A stretch of DNA of 24,501 nucleotides from Candidatus Thorarchaeota archaeon (GTDB taxonomy: Archaea; Asgardarchaeota; Thorarchaeia; Thorarchaeales; Thorarchaeaceae). The position numbers and the translations under genes are program-made. This document shows positions 15,375 to 24,501 of the stretch, in pieces. Position 1 is the stretch's first letter. Every line of letters starts with the position of its first letter. Below the pieces are notes generated by a model. That model saw only the letters and a list, made by a program, of their open reading frames with translations, was not told where the DNA came from and searched no databases. The stretch covers positions 1-24,501 of the forward strand of contig JBHLRP010000049.1 in the NCBI GenBank assembly GCA_048882485.1. The letters are read 5' to 3'.

Positions 15375-15833
15375 CTAGAAATCGCTCTCAGCAAGATAGC
15401 TCCAACCGGATTCAACCATCTTTCGCTTATCTTTTTGCCATGAGTCGTATCCTTCATCACGAATCTTCCGCAATGATGGCAATGCCCATGATTGAGTTTT
15501 TAGTTCGGAACAAGTTTCCATCCGAATACAGTCAAGGCATGTCCTATAGCCTCTATCAATCGAGCATGCTCTTACTTTGCAGTCTAGGATTCCTCCCCCC
15601 TTTCGACAGCCTTCGCAGCCTTCAAAATCATCCTTTCCTCCATCAAGCACCCTCTCAAACCGTTCAAGATGCACTATGACTGATTCCTCTTCACTGATTT
15701 CTGCTGGATTTGATTTGTATGTAGTAATCGCGCTTCGAAGACCATCAATGCCAGAGGCGGCTTTACTTTTGTGCATATCACAGCCTGGACAATAGAGACC
15801 GCAGTAGGAGGTCAGGTCATAAGAGCCAGGCAT
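15375..15833 (-). CDS. DUF3795-like cysteine-rich metal-binding protein
   Basis: CGLYCPGC ... CEGCR ... CKVRAC ... CLDC...C pattern; ATG 15833 follows AGGTGAG SD. Confidence 0.8.
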   Translation of the reverse strand: MPGSYDLTSYCGLYCPGCDMHKSKAASGIDGLRSAITTYKSNPAEISEEESVIVHLERFERVLDGGKDDFEGCEGCRKGGGILDCKVRACSIDRGYRTCLDCIRMETCSELKTQSWALPSLRKIRDEGYDSWQKDKRKMVESGWSYLAESDF

Positions 15834-15983
15834 GCTACTCACCTAGGCAGTATATAGACATCAGTTCAAGATAAACCTTCTAGACTCAAGTGTTCCGACC
15901 ATTGCTTTCCTAGCACAGCATTATTAACAGCTTCATCCAACACAACCTAGACGCTTCAGGCAGGTATTCGGAGGCTTGTTGTC

Positions 15984-16691
15984 ATGACGATAGCTATCGT
16001 CAAGTTTCCTGGGACAAATAGCGAGAAAGACGTGCTTCGAGCACTTTCATTGATACCAGGTGCAAATCCATATGTAGCCTCGAGCCAGAAAGGGCCAGAA
16101 GTCCTGCAGGAGGCGGATGCTGTTGTGATCCCAAGCGGAGCCTCAATTGACGCGTATGTCAGTGTGAGCGCTGAGAAGTGGATTGACAATGTAGAAGACG
16201 CAATTCAGGGCATTGCAGAATCAGGCAAGCCAATCTTGGGAATTGGAAATGGCGTGCAGATGTTGACAAGATTTGGTTTGCTTCCAGGTCAGCTTCGTCT
16301 GAATGAAAATGGGAGATTCATCTGTAAATGGGTATATCTTAGGGTGTGTGAGGACTCCACCATCTTCACTGAAGGTCTTGAAGGACTAGTGATTCGAATT
16401 CCGATAGCGAACTCCCACGGGAGATTTCACTTCAAAAAGAAGGAGCTCGAGAGAATCAATGAAACCGGAGGAGTTGCGTTCAGATACTGCAATCAAGAGG
16501 GAGAAGTTGTTCCTGAAGCCAATCCAAGTGGGTCAATAGAGAATATTGCCGGAGTGAAAAATGACAGCGGAAATGTGTTAGGAATTATCCCTCATCCGGA
16601 GAGGGCAACTAGAGATGAACTAACATCTTGTGACGGTCTGATTCTTCTAGAGAGCTTTGTTCGGTCTATAAAGGCAAGGAGTCTTTCATGA
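15984..16691 (+). CDS. purQ: PurQ-like glutamine amidotransferase homolog lacking the nucleophilic Cys
   Basis: FPGTNSE, GLLPG, RFICKWV, NPSGS..IAG and PHPER match PurQ, but LGICNGFQ reads LGIGNGVQ and PGGFSYGDY reads PSGASIDAY. Confidence 0.85.
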   Translation: MTIAIVKFPGTNSEKDVLRALSLIPGANPYVASSQKGPEVLQEADAVVIPSGASIDAYVSVSAEKWIDNVEDAIQGIAESGKPILGIGNGVQMLTRFGLLPGQLRLNENGRFICKWVYLRVCEDSTIFTEGLEGLVIRIPIANSHGRFHFKKKELERINETGGVAFRYCNQEGEVVPEANPSGSIENIAGVKNDSGNVLGIIPHPERATRDELTSCDGLILLESFVRSIKARSLS

Positions 16692-18835
16692 TATCCAAGC
16701 AGGAGAGAGAGCAGCTAGCGCTGGCATTGGGACGAGAGCCAACAGAAACTGAGCTGGAAGTAGTTTCTATCCTTTGGTCCGAACGCAGGAGTTACAAAAG
16801 CAGCAAGCGTTGGTTCAGGGAGTTCAAGACGGAAGGTGACAATGTCGTATTGGGGCTAGGCAAAGGAGCAGGAATTGTCGACCTAGGAGATGATGTGTTT
16901 CTTGGTGTTGCAATGGAATCCAATAATCATCCAACGCAGGCAAATCCGTATATTGGATCTGCATTAGGAATTGCTGGCGTGATCAGTGATGTGATTGCTC
17001 ATGGCTGCAAGCCAATTGCGCTACTGAATTGCCTTAGATTTGGAGAACCTAGCATTCGGGAGAATGCCACTGCGCTAAAGGAAGCAGTAAGAGGAATTTC
17101 ACAATTCGCCAATAACATAGGGATCCCTATGATCGGAGGGGACACTGAGTTTGACGAATCATTTGAGAACAACAGTGTTTTGAATGTGGTCTGTGTCGGA
17201 ATAACGAGTCCAGGCAGTATGGTTATGAGTAGAGCTTCAACCCCTGGGCATCATCTAGTGCTCTTTGGAGCGAATACTCGAAGAGACCGCCTTATTGATT
17301 ATAGTGGATCCTCCGGAAAGGCAGGAGCAGCAGTTCCTGGGAATCCTCTCGCTGAACGGATAGTCATTGATTCACTTGACCAGCTTATTGATGGGAAGCT
17401 TCTGGTCGGGCTTGAAGATGTTGGTGGAGGCGGATTGGCACTTGCAGGAGCAAAACTTGCTGCAAGGGGGGAAACCGGGGTTGAGCTTCATGCGGACATG
17501 GTCCCAATTGATGATGAAGAAATGAGCACAGTCGAAATCATCACATCTGATTCGCAGAATCGAATGCTTGCTGTAGTTGCTCCCGAGAATTTGGAAAGAG
17601 TCCTATTAATACTTGGCTCCTACGATACCCCTCACGCGGTTATCGGTCAGGTGACCGACAAAGGACTCTACAATGTATATCACCATGGGGAACTGAAGGC
17701 AAGCCTACCAGCAGTTCTTTTAACTAGCGGATTCCCCGAACCAGATAGATTTGAGGAGTATCTTCCCGAGAGGACTGCATCTATCAGTTGGTTAGTAGCG
17801 CCAGAGGATCAAGCGCAGATGCTGCTATTGATGCTTTCCTCACCCAATATTGCTGACAGGTCGTGGATCTATAGTCAGTTCGACCAGCACATTCAAGCGA
17901 ACACCATTGTTGACATAGGAGACAACTCAGGCGTTATCGAACTTCCTAGAGGGAAGAGAATTGCACTAACCACATCATCAAACTCCTTCTGGAGCTATTT
18001 ACACCCCCAGATTGGAGCGGCGAATTCTGCTACACTTGCCCTAAGGAATCTAGTAGCATCAGGTGCAAAGCCCACCTTCATAGCGGATTGCATAAACTTT
18101 GGTAATCCCGAACGTCCCGAATCGTATGCGGAATTTGTTGAAGCAATAAAGGGCATAGGTAGTTTCTCGCACGATTTTGATATTCCTGTTATAACCGGTG
18201 GAGTTTCTCCCTATAACGAAAAGGTGATAGATGGCAAACACAAGAGGATTCATCTTACCCCCCAGATAATGATGGCAGGAGTTCTATTGCAGGGACATCT
18301 CCCCACTAGGAGAAGACTTTGTACACCGTGGGCGAACATCTTTCTTGTTGGCGAAACCCATCGAGAATTGAATGGATCTGAGCTACAACGAATCCAACTG
18401 GGGAAGGTTCAGGGACTTCCACCCGGATATCAACCCGCTGCCGAGAAATCCGCTATGGAAGCCATGCTATCTTCATTTGCCAAAGGGCTTGTGAGATCAT
18501 GCAACGATATTGGGCGGGGCGGCTTGGCTGTCGGTTTGATGAAGATGGCTCTTCGAGGAGATTTGGGATTCAGACTCGACCTCAGTGATGTTCCTGGATC
18601 CGCGAAAGGACTAACTGAGATTCTCTATTCAGAAACATCCGCTAGATATCTTGTCGAGGTGACTGAAACAAATCAGGATGAATTCTTGCACACAGTTGAG
18701 AAACATAGAGTTGCAGCCACTGAGCTAGGTTTGACCTTGAATGAACCTATAGCCAATTTTGGCGCTTTTAGCATCAATTTGAAAAAAGCCAGAGAAGCAT
18801 ACCTGAATGGGATAGCGAGAATTCTGAACAAGTAA
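16688..18835 (+). CDS. purL: Small-type PurL (FGAM synthetase II) homolog with substituted active-site histidines
   Basis: LGREPTETEL, SYKSS, LRFG, DCINFGNPE and PVITGGVS.YNE match small PurL; WSEHC reads WSERR and ESHNHP reads ESNNHP; ATGA overlap with purQ. Confidence 0.88.
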   Translation: MISKQEREQLALALGREPTETELEVVSILWSERRSYKSSKRWFREFKTEGDNVVLGLGKGAGIVDLGDDVFLGVAMESNNHPTQANPYIGSALGIAGVISDVIAHGCKPIALLNCLRFGEPSIRENATALKEAVRGISQFANNIGIPMIGGDTEFDESFENNSVLNVVCVGITSPGSMVMSRASTPGHHLVLFGANTRRDRLIDYSGSSGKAGAAVPGNPLAERIVIDSLDQLIDGKLLVGLEDVGGGGLALAGAKLAARGETGVELHADMVPIDDEEMSTVEIITSDSQNRMLAVVAPENLERVLLILGSYDTPHAVIGQVTDKGLYNVYHHGELKASLPAVLLTSGFPEPDRFEEYLPERTASISWLVAPEDQAQMLLLMLSSPNIADRSWIYSQFDQHIQANTIVDIGDNSGVIELPRGKRIALTTSSNSFWSYLHPQIGAANSATLALRNLVASGAKPTFIADCINFGNPERPESYAEFVEAIKGIGSFSHDFDIPVITGGVSPYNEKVIDGKHKRIHLTPQIMMAGVLLQGHLPTRRRLCTPWANIFLVGETHRELNGSELQRIQLGKVQGLPPGYQPAAEKSAMEAMLSSFAKGLVRSCNDIGRGGLAVGLMKMALRGDLGFRLDLSDVPGSAKGLTEILYSETSARYLVEVTETNQDEFLHTVEKHRVAATELGLTLNEPIANFGAFSINLKKAREAYLNGIARILNK

Positions 18836-18914
18836 TTCACAGGATTAGATGGCTGAGATATTATATCGCGTAGATAATAAGGCCGCTTGGGACTGTTCAA
18901 GTCGTGCATCATCC

Positions 18915-20063
18915 ATGAGCGGGAAGTTAGTTTATCCATATACAGATGCGCTATTGCAATACGAGTTTAGGGATGACCATCCCTTGAAGCCTGATCGGCT
19001 TTCCTTGACATACGAATTATCCAAGGAGCTTGGTCTTCTCAAGCATGTCGACCAATTTGAACCGGCAATGCCCAAGAGAGAAGATCTTGAGACATTTCAC
19101 AGCCCGCAATACATCGACGCAGTGATTGAGAGTGGTGACACCTTGACGTCAATGCCGAGATATGGACTTGGAACGATGGATAATCCTGTCTTCCCGAATC
19201 TGTATGATGCTGCAGCCCGATACGTTGGAGCCACTCTGGATGCAATGAAAGCTATGATGAACGGGGCGCCTAAGGCATTCGTCATCTCCGGAGGACTACA
19301 TCATGCGCATGAAAGCATGGCGTCAGGCTTCTGCGTCTTCAATGATGTTGTAATTGCGATTAAGCATTTTCAGAAGAAGAAGCCAGCAAAGGTCCTATAC
19401 TTGGACATTGACGCTCACCATGGCGATGGAGTACAAAACGCCTTCTTTGGGTCGAAGGATGTATTGACAATCTCAGTTCACCAACACGGGCAGACTCTGT
19501 TTCCAGGCACAGGATTCACTCATGAGAACGGAAGCGGGGAAGGCGTAGGCTATTCAGTCAACATCCCCGTATTGCCTGGAGCAGGAAGTGAAGAACTAAT
19601 CCAAACATTCGATGAGGTTGTTGTTTCACTTTTTGAGGCATTTCAGCCAGATCTCCTAGTCACGCAACTAGGAGTGGATGGCCACTTTTTAGATCCACTA
19701 GCGCAGCTTAGCTACTCCACCAAGGGTTACGAGCATGTCCTCAGGAATTTGAAGAAGATGGCGGAGAAGACTTGCGGTGATGGATGGCTCGCTGTTGGAG
19801 GGGGCGGATATCATCCTGTCAATGTCGCGCGCCTCTGGTCTTTGTTCCTATCTTTCATATTAGACAAGAATATACCTTCAGAGATGCCGGAATCTTTCAT
19901 ACAACTCTGCCGTGAAAAGGGATACACAAAATTCCCTGTGAGGATGAGAGATGAAGATAATGTAGTTCAGGTCTATCTTCCAATAGAGCAAATCAGACTT
20001 GATCTTGATAGAGTTCTCCGACAAGTCAGAGAGAAAGTGTTTCCTTGGCATGGTCTCTCGTGA
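18915..20063 (+). CDS. acuC: Zn-dependent histone deacetylase family / AcuC-like deacetylase
   Basis: HPLKPDR, GGLHHA, SGFCVFND, DIDAHHGDG, FPGTG, GVDGHFLDPL and GGGGY all intact; start set at MSGKLVYPY (ORF-track start 18849 is also possible). Confidence 0.92.
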   Translation: MSGKLVYPYTDALLQYEFRDDHPLKPDRLSLTYELSKELGLLKHVDQFEPAMPKREDLETFHSPQYIDAVIESGDTLTSMPRYGLGTMDNPVFPNLYDAAARYVGATLDAMKAMMNGAPKAFVISGGLHHAHESMASGFCVFNDVVIAIKHFQKKKPAKVLYLDIDAHHGDGVQNAFFGSKDVLTISVHQHGQTLFPGTGFTHENGSGEGVGYSVNIPVLPGAGSEELIQTFDEVVVSLFEAFQPDLLVTQLGVDGHFLDPLAQLSYSTKGYEHVLRNLKKMAEKTCGDGWLAVGGGGYHPVNVARLWSLFLSFILDKNIPSEMPESFIQLCREKGYTKFPVRMRDEDNVVQVYLPIEQIRLDLDRVLRQVREKVFPWHGLS

Positions 20064-20064
20064 G

Positions 20065-20685
20065 TCATTCTTCTTTCTCGAGACTAATATCTATCCACTC
20101 TCGCACCATTCTGGTAACCATATCGGATGCTGCCGCGATAATTAGAGCATCAGCATCCTCAGAAAGCAATGAGGACGGGTCAACACCTGAACGAGCCATG
20201 CGAAGGAGTGACGGATAGCAAAGAAAGCCTAAAGCTTCCACAATCTCCATCGCATCAGCACCTGTGACTTGCAGACGACTTCGCAGCAGGTCAGGGGGTG
20301 AAATTCTTGCGTCGCTGTCAAGCAAGTCAATAAGGGTTTCAAAGTCTGATGTAATTAGAACATCTGGCTCAACGCACTCATCATATACTTTTGTCAATCC
20401 TCCATCAAACACAATGGAATATTCATCATCTGTATCAGAAGTTTTGAAACAAAAGGAGATGTTAGCGAATGAGCTTGCACTAGAATTCATGAACTCTTCG
20501 AATTCATCTTCAGACATATTGTGAAGCTGTCTTGCCTTCTCAACACTCACACTTAGAGCTGATCTGCATCCATCTACGATAGGACCCAGATATTCCATCA
20601 ACATAAATCTGTCTGCATTAACGTCAGATGATATTTGATTTAGGCTGCGTCGAATGCTTCTTGGCCTTTCTTCATTCTCGGTCAA
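20065..20685 (-). CDS. Hypothetical protein with SCP2 (sterol-carrier-like) domain
   Basis: YSIVFDGGLTKV..PDVLITSDFETLIDLLDS..SPPDLL..RLQVTG fits the SCP2 pattern; helical flanks; start set at TTG 20685. Confidence 0.55.
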   Translation of the reverse strand: MTENEERPRSIRRSLNQISSDVNADRFMLMEYLGPIVDGCRSALSVSVEKARQLHNMSEDEFEEFMNSSASSFANISFCFKTSDTDDEYSIVFDGGLTKVYDECVEPDVLITSDFETLIDLLDSDARISPPDLLRSRLQVTGADAMEIVEALGFLCYPSLLRMARSGVDPSSLLSEDADALIIAAASDMVTRMVREWIDISLEKEE

Positions 20686-20798
20686 CTGACTCGAGAGAAA
20701 TGTAGGGGTCTTCCTTTTAGAGATGGTGATAAGCTCCCAATAAATAATAAAACTCAATCCAAGTAGTAAAAAGATGCACTAGAAGAGGAGTGCACCTC

Positions 20799-21554
20799 AT
20801 GACGACTGATATTCACACGCATCTTGGAACGGACAGGAATTCGCTTCACGAAGTTGATAAGCACAATCTCACAGAGCAAGTGGACCTTCTTATCAGTCGC
20901 ATGGACCATTTCGGCATCGAGAAAGCTGTGCTCACTCCCCTGAATCCATTCAAGGACAATGAGCTGAATCTTTCCGCCGCAGCTATCTATCCTGATCGCC
21001 TGTTTAGTACGTGTACTCTACTCCCTCGTCCTATTGATTCTGCAAGGGAGAGGCTCATACACTACATCAATGAGGGATGTGTGGCCGTTGTTCTTGACGA
21101 TAGCCACTATGGACCAGAGGACCCTGCTGCACTAATGTTAATCCGAGAAGCAGTAGATCGCAATGTGCCAGTCTATATTCATAATGATGTCTTGACTGCT
21201 GGTGGCCTTGCGTTCATAGATAAGGCATCAACCATGTTTCCAAAAGCTAAATTCGTGATTCTACATATGGGGGGTCTATTCGGATTCCCTCAACTCATTC
21301 CATTGATGTCACGTCAGAACATATGGTTGGATATATCCATCACACTAGTGAAACTCGTAGAATCACATCTCAGAGTCTTTCTTGATGCACTAGCTCAGGA
21401 CATTGGTGTTCGGCGGCTAGTTTTTGGTTCAGAGCATCACAGTGAATACTTGGATTTGAGGGCAGCTTTGAATCTATTAGATTTGAATGTAGAAACAAGC
21501 CGGATAATTCGGGCTGAGAATGCATGGGTCCTATTGGGAATTGATTTCACGTAG
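20799..21554 (+). CDS. Amidohydrolase_2 family TIM-barrel metallohydrolase
   Basis: DIHTH, MDHFGIEKAV, PVYIH, ILHMGG, IWLDIS, LVFGSE and ENA; ATG after GAGGAG SD. Confidence 0.85.
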   Translation: MTTDIHTHLGTDRNSLHEVDKHNLTEQVDLLISRMDHFGIEKAVLTPLNPFKDNELNLSAAAIYPDRLFSTCTLLPRPIDSARERLIHYINEGCVAVVLDDSHYGPEDPAALMLIREAVDRNVPVYIHNDVLTAGGLAFIDKASTMFPKAKFVILHMGGLFGFPQLIPLMSRQNIWLDISITLVKLVESHLRVFLDALAQDIGVRRLVFGSEHHSEYLDLRAALNLLDLNVETSRIIRAENAWVLLGIDFT

Positions 21555-21568
21555 GGAGCGGTATTCCT

Positions 21569-21910
21569 CTATTGCAGATATTGTGAAAGCATCTCTTGAT
21601 GAATTAGCTGCTCAAGATCATCCACTCGGGGCATTCCGACTATCCTGGATTTCGCAACGAAAATAGTTGGCACAGCCAGGACCTGATGTTTTTCTGTCAG
21701 AGCGGGCTTCTTATCAACCCGAGATTCCACCACTTCGAGGTAAGGGTGATAATAGGAAACTCGCTCAACGGCTTCCTTCAAAACCTCTCTTGCTTCTTCA
21801 CAGAATGCACAAGCATCAGATGTGAAGAGAGTTATCTTGATGGACTCTCTTGTGGCATCGATTTCTTGCATGAGTGACGTTTTTTCGCTTATGGAATTAC
21901 GATGCATCAT
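21569..21910 (-). CDS. Thioredoxin/glutaredoxin-like protein
   Basis: ITLFTSDACAFC (CxxC), AVPT cis-Pro loop and IVGMP; start set at ATG 21910 (GAGG SD). Confidence 0.85.
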   Translation of the reverse strand: MMHRNSISEKTSLMQEIDATRESIKITLFTSDACAFCEEAREVLKEAVERVSYYHPYLEVVESRVDKKPALTEKHQVLAVPTIFVAKSRIVGMPRVDDLEQLIHQEMLSQYLQ

Positions 21911-21926
21911 GGCGAATTCCTCAGCG

Positions 21927-22160
21927 TTACTCAGCAAAGGCTGGAGGCTTCAGACGAATATGGTCTTCAACCCGGTCAACGGCTCTTAGAGGTATGATTT
22001 CCCATGTATGAGGTCTTTGATCGGTCTCGGATCTCTCAATAATCACTTGCGGACCAGTATCGTCATCATACCATACCTGCTTCACACGACCTAGAGGAAA
22101 GCCTCTGAAGTCACGCACGACCTTTCCTTTTAGCAACCATTTCACTCTGTCACTCTTCAT
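21927..22160 (-). CDS. Stand-alone PRC-barrel domain protein
   Basis: LKGKVVRDFRGFPLGRVKQVWYDDDTG..IIPLRAVDRVEDHIRL is the PRC-barrel pattern; 77 aa from ATG 22160. Confidence 0.8.
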   Translation of the reverse strand: MKSDRVKWLLKGKVVRDFRGFPLGRVKQVWYDDDTGPQVIIERSETDQRPHTWEIIPLRAVDRVEDHIRLKPPAFAE

Positions 22161-22251
22161 CGTTCTCAAGGTGACATAGATGCAAGTCATTGAAGAGCGT
22201 GTGTACAACCTAGACAATATTCACACATGTATTGGGAGCTGTATTACTCCC

Positions 22252-22839
22252 TTACCTACTCTGGTTTTCCTCTTCCTCATATCCCCAATCCACTATCATT
22301 TCATCACCTGTTGGGAGAAAAGAGCCTGTGAGGAACCAGCCAGTGCCACCCATAATGAGTCCGAGGATGTTCAGCGATCCTCCAGTGACTATAAACAAGC
22401 GTGAGTCAGTCATCTGGGTGAATCCGATATCCATGAGTGCTGTTTCATTGGCTCTATCCAGCGTGATTGTATATTGACCAGGAACCACATCTATCATCTG
22501 TCGTGATACATACGTTGGTGGGTTCGAGCCTGGAACCACATCATTTGAGGTAAGAGTGAAATTCATAGTATAGACATGGGACGATTCATCATTTTGGACT
22601 GTGAAGTCAATAGCAATAGCTGCTGTAATATTGCTTGAAGCGCGTATATCAACCGAGATTTCAAGCTGCGGATAATATCCAGATACATCTCGAACGGTGA
22701 AGGGCATTCTTTCTCCAACACTTGCTCTATAGATAACGATGTTGTACGGAGCGCTCAGCACAATGATTCCTCCTAGTATGATTACAAATGCGCCACCAAA
22801 ATAGAGGAATGCCTTCTTTGAGCGCCACGGACTGCTCAT
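22252..22839 (-). CDS. Membrane protein with N- and C-terminal TM helices flanking a beta-rich extracytoplasmic domain
   Basis: TM at aa ~10-30 and ~148-172; beta-rich middle region with N-x-S/T sequons; acidic tail. Confidence 0.75.
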   Translation of the reverse strand: MSSPWRSKKAFLYFGGAFVIILGGIIVLSAPYNIVIYRASVGERMPFTVRDVSGYYPQLEISVDIRASSNITAAIAIDFTVQNDESSHVYTMNFTLTSNDVVPGSNPPTYVSRQMIDVVPGQYTITLDRANETALMDIGFTQMTDSRLFIVTGGSLNILGLIMGGTGWFLTGSFLPTGDEMIVDWGYEEEENQSR

Positions 22840-22959
22840 GCTTTATCTACCGAGTGAGAAGTCAATACTATCAGATATAGGTGTAACGAACAGGACATTG
22901 GCGCTATTCTTCAAAGTGTGAAACTTAAAGAGATAACAAATGATTACGGAATATTGAGA

Positions 22960-24501
22960 ATGACCGAGTTTCTGAAAATCGCTGAAACAATGGATAAGAT
23001 TGCTGCTGTTTCTAGCCGGAATGCCAAGCTTGACCTAGTCGCTACACTTCTTAGAGAAGTTGACCCTGTCGAAGTCAGGACTTCGGCGTTGTTTTTAGGT
23101 GGCTGCATATTCTCGGAAAGCGATGATCGAGTTCTCAATGTATCATGGGGCGGGCTCAAGTCAGCACTAAAACAGGTAATTGACTTTTCTATGGAAGACT
23201 TGAGTGAATCATATCAGGGTGATACTGGTGATGCTGTTGCGGCTCTACTTGAATCAGGAAAATTCACTGTGCAGACAGGTCTCTTCTCAACCCCGCTATC
23301 AATAAAATCTCTCGAAGACAACTTCAGTGTCATTGCTGGACTTCAGGGTGTAGGTTCAAAGAAAAAAAAGGAGGCAATCCTAGCACAGATATTGAGGGAA
23401 GCAGCTCCAATAGAAGCGAAGTATATTACAGCCCTCGTGTTGAACGACATGCGTGTTGGACTGTCTGAGGGTCTCTTGGCGGAGGGAATTGCCAGAGCTT
23501 TCAGCATAGAACCAATCCTTGTAAGAAGAGCGTGGAGTCTCACTGGAGATCTGGGCCAAGTTGCTGAGATGGCTGCAAAGGGAGGGGCGTCAGCGCTAGA
23601 TGAAATCAAGGTGACTCTTTTCAGGCCTGTGAAGCCCATGCTTGCCAGTCCTGCTGATTCTGTTGATGAGGTATTTAGGACAGGTTCTTCATATGCTTTC
23701 GAATTCAAGCTCGACGGAGCTAGAGTTCAGATTCACAAGCAAGGGGATAAAGTCACCATCTATTCCCGGAGGCTCCAAGATGTCACTGAAAGCCTACCGG
23801 ATATTGTAGAGATTGTGAGGAGGAAAGTAGCAGCAGAGCTGGCAATCTTGGACGGTGAGGTGGTAGCTGTCAATGACAAAGGACAGCCGTTTCCCTTTCA
23901 GGTCGTGATGAAGCGTTTCGGAAGGACGCGAGAAGTCGAGAAGACAAAGGATGAAGTCCAATTGCATCTATATGTCTTTGATCTTCTATTGCTTGAAACC
24001 AAGCAGCATATAGACTCCAAATTTACTGAGAGAAGAGAATTGTTGGAATCTATAGTACCTCAGGAACTTCTGATAGAGAGCTATTACACTACGAGCGAAA
24101 ATGAAGCTGAGAGTTACTTCGATAAGAGTAAGACTCTCGGACATGAAGGACTGATAGCAAAACAAGTAGATTCAGCCTACGTGCCAGGAACGAGGGGCAA
24201 GAACTGGTTCAAGATAAAACACTCGTTGGACACTATGGACTTGGTTATCATCGCTGCAGAGTGGGGACATGGAAGAAGGAAGAATTGGCTTTCCGATTAC
24301 CACCTTGCAGTAAGAGACCCTGATACAGATTCTTTCATTATGATCGGTAAAACATACAAGGGTCTGACTGACGTCGAGTTTGATGAGATGACAAGCAAAC
24401 TCAAATCAATCGCTACTGGCAAGAAGGGACATGTTGTAACAGTGAAGCCTGAGATTGTGGTCGAGGTTCTGGCAGACGAAATACAGGAAAGTCCAACATA
24501 C
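22960..24501 (+). CDS. lig: ATP-dependent DNA ligase (3' end beyond the window)
   Basis: Hand translation (missing from the ORF track because it has no stop): MTEFLKIAE.., PVKPMLA, motif I EFKLDGARVQIH (Lys codon 23707), ILDGEVV, YVFDLL, HEGLIAK and WFKIK..DTMDLVI. Confidence 0.95.
   Translation, partial: MTEFLKIAETMDKIAAVSSRNAKLDLVATLLREVDPVEVRTSALFLGGCIFSESDDRVLNVSWGGLKSALKQVIDFSMEDLSESYQGDTGDAVAALLESGKFTVQTGLFSTPLSIKSLEDNFSVIAGLQGVGSKKKKEAILAQILREAAPIEAKYITALVLNDMRVGLSEGLLAEGIARAFSIEPILVRRAWSLTGDLGQVAEMAAKGGASALDEIKVTLFRPVKPMLASPADSVDEVFRTGSSYAFEFKLDGARVQIHKQGDKVTIYSRRLQDVTESLPDIVEIVRRKVAAELAILDGEVVAVNDKGQPFPFQVVMKRFGRTREVEKTKDEVQLHLYVFDLLLLETKQHIDSKFTERRELLESIVPQELLIESYYTTSENEAESYFDKSKTLGHEGLIAKQVDSAYVPGTRGKNWFKIKHSLDTMDLVIIAAEWGHGRRKNWLSDYHLAVRDPDTDSFIMIGKTYKGLTDVEFDEMTSKLKSIATGKKGHVVTVKPEIVVEVLADEIQESPTY

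Noticed and set aside
16245-16247. PurQ Cys-to-Gly as a sequencing error or selenocysteine site
   Set aside because: The codon is GGA, not TGA, and is two changes from Cys; several other active-site motifs in both subunits are also altered.

Overview
Gene-dense archaeal chromosome segment of about 45% GC (estimated from a short hand-counted sample), with frequent TTG/GTG starts and GGAGGT/GGTG-type SD motifs. TBP, an archaeal ATP-dependent DNA ligase, type-2 IPP isomerase and ADP-forming acyl-CoA synthetase establish an archaeon. A WD40+helical protein, a TPR protein and a tubulin-like GTPase point to an Asgard archaeon, possibly Thorarchaeia (inference). The main candidate new system is a tight three-gene operon (6893-12093): an 895-aa rod of ~65-aa helical repeats, a tubulin/FtsZ-superfamily GTPase carrying eukaryote-type C-terminal H11/H12-like helices, and a 362-aa two-domain protein with a Thr/Ala linker. 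Together they look like an undescribed cytoskeletal module. A second candidate is a full-length, translationally coupled PurQ/PurL pair in which the catalytic residues of both subunits are replaced (pseudoenzyme complex, no purS nearby). A small variable region (~4400-6770) holds a GC-rich TBP whose start codon reads ACG, a two-TM small protein interrupted by an in-frame TAG, and a clipped ~59%-GC foreign fragment. The remaining genes are carbamate kinase, RidA, a DUF3795-like protein, an AcuC/HDAC deacetylase, an SCP2-like protein, an amidohydrolase, a thioredoxin, a PRC-barrel protein and membrane proteins. No rRNA, tRNA, CRISPR array or transposase was recognised.
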